Shown here: positions 1-9,769 of the stretch, piece by piece | Layout: each line of letters starts with the position of its first letter | Position numbering within the stretch: position 1 is the stretch's first letter | NCBI GenBank assembly: GCA_031459625.1 | Contig: JAVKIH010000002.1 | Span: forward strand, 137,272-201,271 | Length of the DNA: 64,000 bases | Source: Candidatus Geohabitans tengchongensis | GTDB taxonomy: Bacteria; Sysuimicrobiota; Sysuimicrobiia; Sysuimicrobiales; Humicultoraceae | Direction of reading: 5' to 3' | Translations under genes and position numbers: made by a program | The notes under the pieces: model-generated | What the model saw: only the letters and a program-made list of their open reading frames with translations | What the model was told of the DNA's origin: nothing | Databases searched by the model: none

Positions 1-174
1 TCGCAGGAGCGCGTCCTGCACCAGGTCCTCCGCGGCCGCGCGGTTGCGGGTCAGTCGCAGGGCGGTGCGGTAGAGGCCGTCGAGGTATTCTTCGACCAGG
101 GCGGCGAACTGCTCGCGCGCCTCGGCACCGCCCACCGGCCCGACGCTCAGGGCCACGACCGCTCCGCGAGCCAT
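1..174 (-). CDS. ECF RNA polymerase sigma factor, SigH/SigR-like (5' part; runs off window)
   Basis: Manual translation from ATG at 174: MARGAVVALSVGPVGGAEAREQFAALVEEYLDGLYRTALRLTRNRAAAEDLVQDALLR, a sigma-70 region 2 pattern (LY..ALR.TRN...AEDLVQ). Not in the ORF track. Confidence 0.85.
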   Translation of the reverse strand, partial: MARGAVVALSVGPVGGAEAREQFAALVEEYLDGLYRTALRLTRNRAAAEDLVQDALLR

Positions 175-186
175 GATGGTCGAGCA

Positions 187-212
187 AACGAAAATGGCGA
201 AGGAGGTATTCC
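187..212 (-). promoter_or_regulatory. ECF (SigH/SigR-type) promoter GGAAT-N17-CGTT upstream of the sigma gene
   Basis: Minus strand reads GGAATacctccttcgccattttCGTT, ending 12 nt before the ATG. Confidence 0.6.
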
Positions 213-364
213 AGAAGACAGCAACAGGACGCCTCCGTTCACCGCACCTGGAAGGGGCCCCTGCCCCCGCCCTTCCTGGTCGGGCCAGACCTGCGTGTCC
301 GGAGGCGTCCTGTCACGATACGCTTTCGCCGCAGCCGCGGCAGCTCCTGCCGACGTCTATCAAA

Positions 365-406
365 ATTCACCGCCGGGCCCGCGTCATTCACCGCCGAGCC
401 CGCGTC
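365..406. repeat. 21-bp tandem duplication (1 mismatch) covering the Rrf2 stop codon
   Basis: attcaccgccgggcccgcgtc / attcaccgccgagcccgcgtc. Confidence 0.85.
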
Positions 407-819
407 CCCACCCGGGCCCGGCCGCTCAGGTCCTCCAGCGTGAGCCGGTCCAGCACCCCCTCGGTCGCCGCCTTGATGGCCATCCAGACGGGTCGCAGGC
501 CGCAGCCGGGAGCGTACGCGCAGGCGGGATCGTCCACCTCCACGCACTCCCAGGGGGCCGCGCTGCCCTCCAGGACCTCGAACGCCTCGCGCAGGCGGAT
601 CTGGCCGGGCGGGCGGGCGAGCCGATGTCCCCCGGACGGCCCCCGCTTGCTGGTGACCAGCCCGGCGCGGCGCAGGCTGGCCATGAGCTGGTTGAGGTAC
701 GGCTCGGGAAGGCCCTGCCGGGCGGCAATGGCGTGGCTCTGCACGGGCCCCTCGCCGTAGTGGAGCGCCAGGTCGATGAGGGCCCGCAGGCCGTACTCCG
801 CCCGGCTGCTCACCTTCAT
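388..819 (-). CDS. Rrf2 family transcriptional regulator (IscR/CymR-like, three Cys)
   Basis: MKVSSRAEYGLRALIDLA...YLNQLMASLRRAGLVTSKRGPSGG; C-x7-C-x5-C; ATGA overlap with mec. Confidence 0.92.
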   Translation of the reverse strand: MKVSSRAEYGLRALIDLALHYGEGPVQSHAIAARQGLPEPYLNQLMASLRRAGLVTSKRGPSGGHRLARPPGQIRLREAFEVLEGSAAPWECVEVDDPACAYAPGCGLRPVWMAIKAATEGVLDRLTLEDLSGRARVGTRARR

Positions 820-1229
820 GGCGACACCGCCTCCAGCTCGAGCGGCTCCTCCGTAACGGCCCCGTCGACGATGCGGAACCCCCGCAGGACGGGCCCCGCA
901 CGGTCCTTCAAGGATACGATAACGTACACCGCGTCGGGGTAGAAGGCCCTGGCCACGTCCGTCCGCGAGGGGTAGGCGTCGGAGGCGGTGTGGGAGTGGT
1001 AGATGCCCACCAGGTCCAGCCGCTCCTCGTCCAGCTCCCGCAGGATCGCCAGGAGCTGCCGGTCGTCCAGTCGGTAGGTATAGGGGCTCTCGTCCACGTT
1101 GCGGCCCCGGTAGACGCGCAGCACGCGCCCCTCCCGCCCGGCCAGGAGCCCCACGCACTCGTTGGGGTAGGTCTCCTGCGCGTGGGCCACGATCTCGTCG
1201 GCCTGGGCCCGGGTCAGGCGCAGGGGCAC
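816..1229 (-). CDS. mec: JAMM/MPN+ (M67) metallopeptidase, CysO-cysteine peptidase-like
   Basis: ECVGLL and HSHTASDAYPSRTD (HxH-x7-S-x2-D JAMM motif); GTG start after GAGGG. Confidence 0.9.
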   Translation of the reverse strand: MPLRLTRAQADEIVAHAQETYPNECVGLLAGREGRVLRVYRGRNVDESPYTYRLDDRQLLAILRELDEERLDLVGIYHSHTASDAYPSRTDVARAFYPDAVYVIVSLKDRAGPVLRGFRIVDGAVTEEPLELEAVSP

Positions 1230-1239
1230 GGCAGCGCCC

Positions 1240-2223
1240 TCAGGGCTCGGCGAAGACCCGTGTGGAGAGGTAGCGGTCGCCGCCGTCGGGGAGGACGACC
1301 ACCACCACCCCCTCCCCGGCCTCACGGGCCACCTGCAGGGCGGCCACCATGGCGGCCCCCGCAGAGGGGCCCACCAGCCACCCTTCCTCGCGGGCCAGGC
1401 GCCGCGTCATGGCGTAGGCCGCCTCGGTGGCCACCGCGATTACCCGGTGGTGGACGGAGGGGTCGTAGATACCGGGGACGATGGAGGTGGCCATGTGCTT
1501 GAGCCCCTCCAGCCCGTGCAGCGGCCCGTCCGGCTCCACGCCCACGACCTGCACGTGCGCCAGGGCCTCGCGCAGCCGTCGGCCCGCCCCCACGAGCGTC
1601 CCCGAGGTCCCCAGCCCGGCCACGAAGTGCGTCACCCGCCCGCCGGTCTGGACCAGGATCTCCGCCCCGGTGGTGTCGTAGTGGGCGCGCCAGTTGGCCG
1701 GGTTGTTGTACTGGTCGGGCATGACGTACCGGTCGGGGGCGGCGGCGAAGCGTGCCCGGGCCACCCGGATCGCCCCGTCCGAGCCCTCCAGCGGGTCGGA
1801 GAGGATCACCTCCGCGCCGTAGGCGCGGATCAGCCGCTTGCGCTCCTCGCTGACGTTGGCCGGGAGCACCAGCTCGACGCGGTAGCCCTTGGCCGCCCCG
1901 ATCATGGCGTAGGCGATCCCGGCGTTGCCCGACGAGGAGTCGAGCAGGATCCGGTCGGGGGTGAGGAGGCCGCTGCGCTCCGCCTCCTCGATCATGCGCA
2001 GGACGGGGCGGTCCTTCACCGAGCCGCCGGGGTTGAACCACTCCGCCTTGGCCAGCAGCGTGACCCCGGGGGGGACCTCCGGCAGGCGGGTGACCTGCAA
2101 CAGCGGCGTGTTGCCGATCCGCTCCAGGAGCCTCTGTCCCAGGCGGACGGCCGCCCCGGCCTGGCGGGCCGACGGGGCGGCGGGGAGGGGGTCGGGCGGC
2201 GGCGAGCCCACGGGCGGACTCAC
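1240..2223 (-). CDS. cysM: PLP-dependent cysteine synthase (CysM-like)
   Basis: IGNTPLL, NPGGSVKDR (PLP Lys), SSGNAG, DQYNNPAN, GTSGT, DGGDRYLS; start (GTGA overlap) uncertain. Confidence 0.88.
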   Translation of the reverse strand: MSPPVGSPPPDPLPAAPSARQAGAAVRLGQRLLERIGNTPLLQVTRLPEVPPGVTLLAKAEWFNPGGSVKDRPVLRMIEEAERSGLLTPDRILLDSSSGNAGIAYAMIGAAKGYRVELVLPANVSEERKRLIRAYGAEVILSDPLEGSDGAIRVARARFAAAPDRYVMPDQYNNPANWRAHYDTTGAEILVQTGGRVTHFVAGLGTSGTLVGAGRRLREALAHVQVVGVEPDGPLHGLEGLKHMATSIVPGIYDPSVHHRVIAVATEAAYAMTRRLAREEGWLVGPSAGAAMVAALQVAREAGEGVVVVVLPDGGDRYLSTRVFAEP

Positions 2224-3065
2224 TCGTCCAGCAGGAGCGTGGGCTCGGCGTAGTAGCGCACGCGGTGGGCCAGCAGCCGGGCGTGCAGCAGCTCGTGCAG
2301 CGCGGCGTTCTTCGCCTCGAGCGAGTTCGCCCCCCGGAGGATGTCGAGCGGCAGGTTGAGGCGCAGGACGCGGTTGGGGATGACGTGCCGGGTGATCCCC
2401 GTCGGCAGCTTCTCCGGCAGCTCGGCCAGGCGCAGGATCTCCTCCTTGGCGAACGGGGGGAAGACCGCCACCGCCGCCACGCGCCCGTACTCCGCCGCCA
2501 GCTGGGGGAGGTCGGGCGTGGGCACCCGGTAGATCGCCTGCCGGCCGGCGTACGCGCTCACCAGGGCGCGGACGGCCCGCACGCGCGCCTGCAGCTCCCT
2601 GCCGTCCCGCACGCCCCACACCCCGTCGGGCGTGACGAGCCCGCAGGCCGCCCGCCGCGTGGCCAGCGCGTCGAGCAGCACCTCGACGCTATCCAGCCGC
2701 TCCACCCGCGCCGAGGGGAGCGCGGCCAGCACGTCGCCGTCCTCCTGCAGCAGGTGGTGCCAGACCTCTAGGCGCACCGCCGCGTCGGCGTAGTCCACCA
2801 CCTGCAGCACGTGCGCCGGGAGCCCCAACCGGCGTAGGGCCACGGTCCGGTTGGCGCCGTCCAGGACCACGTAGCCGCCCCGCGGGAGCGGCGCCGCCAC
2901 CGGCGGGTTCCGCAGCACGTCCTCCTGGCGCAGGCGCTCCACCAGCGCCTCGACGCGGCGGGGGTCGGCGTCCTCGTGCAGCCGCACCGCCTCCGCGTCC
3001 ACCACGCGCAGCGGGGGCAGGAGCTGCCCCGAGGGGAGGCGCAGCACGGCACGGGCCTCGCTCAC
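2220..3065 (-). CDS. ParB/Srx-fold protein, SbnI/SerK-like free L-serine kinase (O-phosphoserine forming)
   Basis: LHED.P.R, LRNPP, YVVLDGANR..AL..LG, W-H-H, LPTGITRH.I..R.L.LNLPL and C-terminal RYY.E..LL match the SbnI pattern recalled from memory over the full length. Confidence 0.7.
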   Translation of the reverse strand: MSEARAVLRLPSGQLLPPLRVVDAEAVRLHEDADPRRVEALVERLRQEDVLRNPPVAAPLPRGGYVVLDGANRTVALRRLGLPAHVLQVVDYADAAVRLEVWHHLLQEDGDVLAALPSARVERLDSVEVLLDALATRRAACGLVTPDGVWGVRDGRELQARVRAVRALVSAYAGRQAIYRVPTPDLPQLAAEYGRVAAVAVFPPFAKEEILRLAELPEKLPTGITRHVIPNRVLRLNLPLDILRGANSLEAKNAALHELLHARLLAHRVRYYAEPTLLLDE

Positions 3066-4762
3066 CGTCCGAGCTTCCTCGCCAGGTGGTCGATGACGTC
3101 GATCTTCGTCACGATCCCGACGACCCGTCCCCGGTCCACCACCACGGCGGCGTTGGCGTTGAGGAAGACCTCGGCCAGGTCGTCCACCGGCGTGTCCGGG
3201 CTGACCACCGGCGGGGCGGGGTCGACGATGGGGGTGATGGGGTCGTCGGGTCCGTGCCCGCCCTCCAGCAGGTAGGAGAGGAGGTCGACCTCGCTGATCA
3301 TGCCGACGAGCTGGCCGTCGGCCACGACGGGGAGCTGGCTGACGTCGAACTCCTTCATCTTGGCGATGACGGCCCGCACCGGGTCGGCGGGCCCGGCGGT
3401 GATCAGGGCCAGCCCCTTGGCGCCCAGCAGCTCGCTCACCGTCCCCAGGTCGGCCTCGAGGAAGCCGTGCTCCCGCATCCAGTCGTCGGAGAAGATCTTG
3501 GAGAGGTAGCGCAGCCCGGAGTCGGGGAGGATGACCACGACGCGCCGCCCCTCCCCGTGGTCGGGGAGTCCGCGCAGGTACTTGAGCGCGCCGGCCACCG
3601 CGGCCCCGCTGCTCCCGCCGCACAGCAGCCCCTCCTCCCGCACCAGGCGGCGGGTCATGGTGAAGGCCTCGCGGTCGGTCACCGGCACGACCTCGTCCAC
3701 GACGCTGAAGTCCATCGTCCCGGGGAGGAAGTCCTCGCCGATCCCTTCCACTTTGTAGGTGTGCGGCTCGGGCAGGCGGCCGGTGCGGAAGTACTCGGTG
3801 TAGATCGACCCCACCGGGTCCACCCCGACGCAGACGAGCCCGGGGTGCCGCTCCTTGAGGTAGCGCGCCGCGCCGGAGGCGGTCCCGCCGGTCCCCAGGC
3901 CGACCACCAGGACGTCGAGCCGCCCGCCGGTCTGCTCCCACAGCTCCGGCCCGGTGGTCTCGTAGTGGGCCGCGGGGTTGGCGGGGTTGTGGTACTGGTC
4001 GGCGTAGAAGGCGTTGGGCAGCTCCTGGGCCAGGCGGCGGCTGACGCTGTAGTAGGAGCGCGGGTCGTCGGGGGGCACCGCCGTGGGCGTGATGACCACG
4101 CGGGCCCCGAAGGCGCGCAGGAGGCGGATCTTCTCCTCCGACATCTTGTCGGGCATGACGAAGACGCAGCGGTAGCCGCGCACCGCCGCCGCCATGGCCA
4201 GGGCGACGCCGGTGTTGCCGGAGGTGGCCTCCACGATCACGCCGCCCGGCCGCAGCTTCCCCTCCTGCTCGGCCTGCCGGATCATCCGGATGCCGATGCG
4301 GTCCTTCACCGACCCGCCGGGGTTGAGGAACTCCAGCTTGGCCAGGACCTCGGCCCGCACGCCGCGCACGACCTTGTGCAGGCGCACCAGCGGCGTGTGC
4401 CCGATGAGGTCGAGGACGGTGTCGGCGATGGCCTCCCGGCGGGGAGTGGCCGCCCGCGCCGCGTCCGGCGTCGGGGCCCGCGTGGTGCGGGCCCCGCCGG
4501 CCATGGCCGGGATGATGGAGACCTCGTCCCCCTCCCCCACCGGCGTCTCCTGGCCGGCCTGGGTGCGGATCTCGGTCCCGTTCACGAAGATGTTGATGTA
4601 GGTGCGCACCTCTCCGGAGGCGTCCAGCACCTGCGCGCCCACCTCGGGGTAGGCCCGGGTCAGCGCCTGGAGGACCTCACGGACGGTGCGGCCGGGCACC
4701 TCCAGCCGGCTCTGCCCACCGGTGTGGCGCCGCAACGGGGCCGGCACGAAGACCGTCGGCAT
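3062..4762 (-). CDS. Fusion: N-terminal MoaD/ThiS/CysO ubiquitin-like sulfur carrier plus cystathionine beta-synthase with C-terminal CBS pair
   Basis: aa1-90 beta-grasp ending IIPAMAGG, then linker, then IGHTPLV...NPGGSVKDRIG...PDKMSEEK...LPDSGLRYLSKIF.DDWM and CBS domains; no stop after GG. Confidence 0.88.
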   Translation of the reverse strand: MPTVFVPAPLRRHTGGQSRLEVPGRTVREVLQALTRAYPEVGAQVLDASGEVRTYINIFVNGTEIRTQAGQETPVGEGDEVSIIPAMAGGARTTRAPTPDAARAATPRREAIADTVLDLIGHTPLVRLHKVVRGVRAEVLAKLEFLNPGGSVKDRIGIRMIRQAEQEGKLRPGGVIVEATSGNTGVALAMAAAVRGYRCVFVMPDKMSEEKIRLLRAFGARVVITPTAVPPDDPRSYYSVSRRLAQELPNAFYADQYHNPANPAAHYETTGPELWEQTGGRLDVLVVGLGTGGTASGAARYLKERHPGLVCVGVDPVGSIYTEYFRTGRLPEPHTYKVEGIGEDFLPGTMDFSVVDEVVPVTDREAFTMTRRLVREEGLLCGGSSGAAVAGALKYLRGLPDHGEGRRVVVILPDSGLRYLSKIFSDDWMREHGFLEADLGTVSELLGAKGLALITAGPADPVRAVIAKMKEFDVSQLPVVADGQLVGMISEVDLLSYLLEGGHGPDDPITPIVDPAPPVVSPDTPVDDLAEVFLNANAAVVVDRGRVVGIVTKIDVIDHLARKLGR

Positions 4763-4763
4763 C

Positions 4764-5903
4764 TCACGACTCCTCCAGCGCCTGTCGCAGGTCCTCCACG
4801 AGATCGTCGGGGTGCTCCAGGCCCACCGACAGGCGGAGCAGGCCCGGATCGACGGCCAGCGGCGAGGCGGCCAGCGAAGCGTGGGTCATCGAGGCCGGAT
4901 GGTCGATGAGCGACTCCACCCCGCCGAGGCTCTCCGCCAGCACGAAGAGGCGGGTGCGCGCGGCCACCCGCCGCGCCGCCTCCTCCCCGCCGCGCACGAT
5001 GCAGGAGACCATCCCCCCAAACCCGCTCATCTGCCGGGCGGCCAGCGCGTGCCCCGGGTCGTCGGGCAGCCCCGGGTAGAAGACGCGGGCCACCCGCGGG
5101 TGCTCGCGCAGGAACGCCGCCACCGCCGCGGCGTTGGCGCAGTGGCGCTCCATGCGCACGGCCAGGGTGCGCAGGCCGCGCAGGACCAGCCAGCAGTCCA
5201 GCGGCCCGGGGACGGCGCCGGCGGCGTTCTGGTAGAAGCGCAGGCGCTCGGCCAGGTCGTCGCGCGCGGTCACCACGGCACCCCCCACGACGTCGGAGTG
5301 GCCGCCCAGGTACTTGGTCGTGGAGTGGATGACCAGGTCGGCGCCCAGCCGCAGCGGCCGCTGCAGGTAGGGGGAGGCGAAGGTGTTGTCCACGGCCACG
5401 AGCGCCCCGTGGGCGTGCGCCAGCTCGGCGATGCGGGCGATGTCCAGCACCCGCAGGTAGGGGTTCGTGGGCGACTCCACCAGCACGAGGCGCGTGGTGG
5501 GCCGCAGCGCCCGCTCCACCGTCGCCAGGTCGCGCATGTCCACGAAGTCGCTGGCGATCCCGTACCGGTGCAACACGCGCACCAGCAGCCGGTAGGTGCC
5601 GCCGTAGACGTCGTCCGGCGCCAGCACGTGGGCTCCGGGATCGAGCAGCGTGGTCACCGCGGTGATCGCCGCCATCCCCGAGGCGAAGGCCACCCCGTGC
5701 GCCCCCTCCTCGAGCGAGGCCAGCGCCCGCTCCAGGGCGGTGCGCGTGGGGTTGGCGGTGCGGGAGTATTCGTAGCCGCGGTGACGCCCGGGCGCCTCCT
5801 GGGCGTAGGTGGAGGTCTGGTAGATGGGCACGACCACGGCGCCGGTGGCGGGATCCGGAGCCTGGCCGTCGTGGATGGCGCGGGTCTCGAACCGGTGCGG
5901 CAT
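4764..5903 (-). CDS. Cystathionine gamma-lyase/gamma-synthase (Cys/Met metabolism PLP enzyme)
   Basis: [53 protein letters not shown]. Confidence 0.92.
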   Translation of the reverse strand: MPHRFETRAIHDGQAPDPATGAVVVPIYQTSTYAQEAPGRHRGYEYSRTANPTRTALERALASLEEGAHGVAFASGMAAITAVTTLLDPGAHVLAPDDVYGGTYRLLVRVLHRYGIASDFVDMRDLATVERALRPTTRLVLVESPTNPYLRVLDIARIAELAHAHGALVAVDNTFASPYLQRPLRLGADLVIHSTTKYLGGHSDVVGGAVVTARDDLAERLRFYQNAAGAVPGPLDCWLVLRGLRTLAVRMERHCANAAAVAAFLREHPRVARVFYPGLPDDPGHALAARQMSGFGGMVSCIVRGGEEAARRVAARTRLFVLAESLGGVESLIDHPASMTHASLAASPLAVDPGLLRLSVGLEHPDDLVEDLRQALEES

Positions 5904-6634
5904 CAGGCCTCCGGACGGGTGACCGCCGCGGGAACGGGCACGGCGGCGCCCTCGCCCGCCGGCCCCAGCGCTCTGGCCACGGCGTCGGCCGTGACGGGGC
6001 GCAGGCGCACGCCGAAGACCTCGGCGAACCGGCGCGCGTAGGCGTCGGCCACCACGTCCAGGGCCACCGGCCGCCCCAGCTCCTCGGCCAGCGAGGTGAC
6101 GGGACGCCCCAGTCCGCACGGGTCGATCCACCGGAACTGGCCGAGGTCGGTGGTCACGTTCAACGCCATGCCGTGCATCGTCACCCGGCGCTTCACCGCC
6201 ACGCCCACCGCCGCCAGCTTGCGGCCGTCCACCCATACCCCCGGGTAGCCCGGCTCGCGCCCGGCCGCCACGCCGAAGTCCCCCGCCATGCGGATGATCG
6301 ACTCCTCCAGCAGGCGCATGAACCGCACAACGTCCTCTCCCAGCCTGCCCAGGTGGAGGATCGGGTAGGCAACGAGCTGGCCCGGTCCGTGGTAGGTGGC
6401 CTGCCCCCCGCGCTCCACCTCGTAGACCTCGATCCCCTGCTGCGCCAGCGTCTCGCGCGACACCATCAGGGTCCCGCCCCGCCGCCCCAGGGTGATGACC
6501 GGGGTGTGCTCGAGCACCAGCAGCACGTCCGGCAGGAGACCCTGCTGGCGGGCCGGGACCAGGCGTCGTTGCAGGTCCCACGCCTCCCGATAGGGGGTGA
6601 GCCCGGGGAGCCGCAGGAGGAGGGCATCGGTCAC
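5903..6634 (-). CDS. lipB: Lipoyl(octanoyl) transferase
   Basis: EHTPVITLG, RGGQATYHGPGQLVAYP, KLAAVG, HGMALN, PCG. Confidence 0.92.
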   Translation of the reverse strand: MTDALLLRLPGLTPYREAWDLQRRLVPARQQGLLPDVLLVLEHTPVITLGRRGGTLMVSRETLAQQGIEVYEVERGGQATYHGPGQLVAYPILHLGRLGEDVVRFMRLLEESIIRMAGDFGVAAGREPGYPGVWVDGRKLAAVGVAVKRRVTMHGMALNVTTDLGQFRWIDPCGLGRPVTSLAEELGRPVALDVVADAYARRFAEVFGVRLRPVTADAVARALGPAGEGAAVPVPAAVTRPEA

Positions 6635-6640
6635 AGCGCT

Positions 6641-6646
6641 ATTCTA
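6641..6646 (-). promoter_or_regulatory. -10 element TAGAAT 6 nt before the lipB GTG (leaderless transcript likely)
   Basis: Minus strand TAGAATagcgctGTG; no Shine-Dalgarno sequence. Confidence 0.55.
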
Positions 6647-6659
6647 GCAAGAGCCCGGG

Positions 6660-6900
6660 AGGCCGCGGACGCCGGCAGAGGCGGCGGACTTGCGCCAGGC
6701 CTGGGACGAGATCCAACCGGGGATGAGGTCCGGCGCACGGCGGACCGCCTCCTCCGGGTCCACCCGTTGCGAGCGGCGGACGCCCTGCAGCTGGCCGCCG
6801 CACTCCTCCGGGCCGTCGACGACGCGCCGAAGGGTTCGTCTGCCTGGATGACCGCCTGCGCGAAGCGGCGCAGCTCGAGGGCTTTGCGGTCCTCCCCGAG
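6660..6900 (+). pseudogene. Degraded PIN-domain (VapC-like) toxin fragment with two frameshifts
   Basis: DLRQAWDEIQP / DEVRRTADRLLRVHPLRAADALQLAAAL / FVCLDDRLREAAQLEGFAVLP in successive frames; no start codon or antitoxin. Confidence 0.75.
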
Positions 6901-7001
6901 CCCCGGCACGCCGCCGCCAGGCTCACGGGAATGGTTGGACCCGCACCAGGCGCGTCGATGTCGTCAGCCCCGGTGGTCGACACCCGGGCGGTGCACTGCG
7001 G

Positions 7002-8101
<1,100 letters not shown>

Positions 8102-8105
<4 letters not shown>

Positions 8106-9709
8106 GGCTCTGCCCGCCCGACCAGCGTGGCCAGGGAGAGCGAGGAGAGGAGGACGAGCAGCAGGGCCGGCGCGGCGGCGCGGGCGAAGAAACCCTCCCC
8201 CGCCGCCGACCAGACGCGGGTGGCCAGCGTCTCCATCCCGATAGGGCTCAGCAGCAGCGTGGCCGGGAGTTCCTTCATCGTCGTGAGGAAGACGAGCGCT
8301 CCCGCGGCGGCGACGCCCGGACGCACCAGCGGCAGCGTCACCGACCAGAGGACCTGGGTCGGAGTGCGGCCCAGGGTGCGCGCCGCCTCTTCCTGGGACG
8401 GCTGGACCCGCGCCAGGGCGGCGTGCAGCGCCCCGGCCGCCTGGGGCAGGAAGAGCACGGCGTAGGCGACGAGCAGGGCCGCGGGCGTCTGGTAGAGGGC
8501 CGGCACCACGCGCGCCGTGAAGAAGACCAGCGCCAGGGCCACGACGATCCCCGGCAGCGCGTAACCGGCGTAGACGATGCGCCCCGCCAGCAGGGCCAGC
8601 GGACCGGAGAAGCGCGCCGCCAGCAGGGCCAGCGGGAAGGCCGCCGCCACCGTCACCACCGCGCTGGCCGCCCCCAGCGCCAGCGAGGTCAGCGCCGGGC
8701 GCCACGTCAGGACCAGCGGCTCCCCGTGCGCCAGGCCCAGGACGAGCCAGTAGGTGAGCACACCCAGCGGCAGGAGGACGGCGCAGAGCGTCACCGCCGC
8801 GCAGCCGAGCAGCGCGGGCCACCGCCAGGGGCCGAGGGGCACGAGGGGCGGGAGGCGGCCCGGCCCCACGCCGACCCGGTGCTGCCGGCCGCGCCCGGGC
8901 CGGTCGGCGGCCAGCAGGAGGGCCCCCGTGAGCGCCACGAGCACGAGGGCCAGCGCGGCGGCGCCGTGGCGGTCGAAGGACGCCTGGTACTGGACGTGGA
9001 TGGCCGTGGTGAAGGTCTCGAGCTGCATCATCGAGACCGCGCCGAAGTCGGCCAGGGTGTAGAGCGCCACCAGCAGCGCGCCGGCGCGGATCCAGGGCCA
9101 CAGCTGCGGCAGGACGGCCCGGCGGAAGGCGCGCCAGCCGCGCTCCCCCAGCGTGCGCGCCACCTCCTCCAGCGCCGGGTCGAGCCCGCGCCACCCCGCC
9201 CGCACGCTCAGCAGGACGTAGGGATAGGTGAAGAGGGTGAGGACGAGCCAGGCGCCCGGGAACCCGTACAGGTCGGGGAGACGCTCCACCCCGGCCAGGC
9301 GGTGGAGGAGCTGCTGGAGAAGGCCGGTCGGCCCGAGCGCGGTGGCCACGACGAACCCCCCGACGTACGACGGCACCACCAGGGGCAGCGCCGTGACCAC
9401 CCGCCACAGGCGCGCCCCCGGGAGGTCGGTGCGGGTAGTGAGCCAGGCCAGGGGGACGGCCAGGAGGACTGTGGAGGCGGTGACCACCCCGGCCAGCAGC
9501 ACGGAACGCAGCAGGATGCGGCCGGTGCGGGGGCTCCACAGGAGGTCCCAGACTTCGGGGCCGGCGCCGGCCGCCCGCACGACCAGGTAGGCCACCGGCA
9601 GGAGCACCGCCGCCGCCACCACCGCAGCCAGCGCCACGAGCGGTGGGACAGCCGCGGCGTCGCGGCGCCGCCCGGCAGCCGCGGACTCGAGGGCGCGGAG
9701 CTCTAGCAC
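8102..9709 (-). CDS. Fe(III) ABC transporter permease (FbpB-like, duplicated membrane domain)
   Basis: Two EAA loops (EEVARTLG, EEAARTLG), ADFGAV, KELPATLLL. Confidence 0.9.
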
Positions 9710-9769
9710 CGGGTCCTGGCTCGCGCGCGCCGGGTCAGGATCTGCGTCGCAGACCGCCTCCCCGTGACC

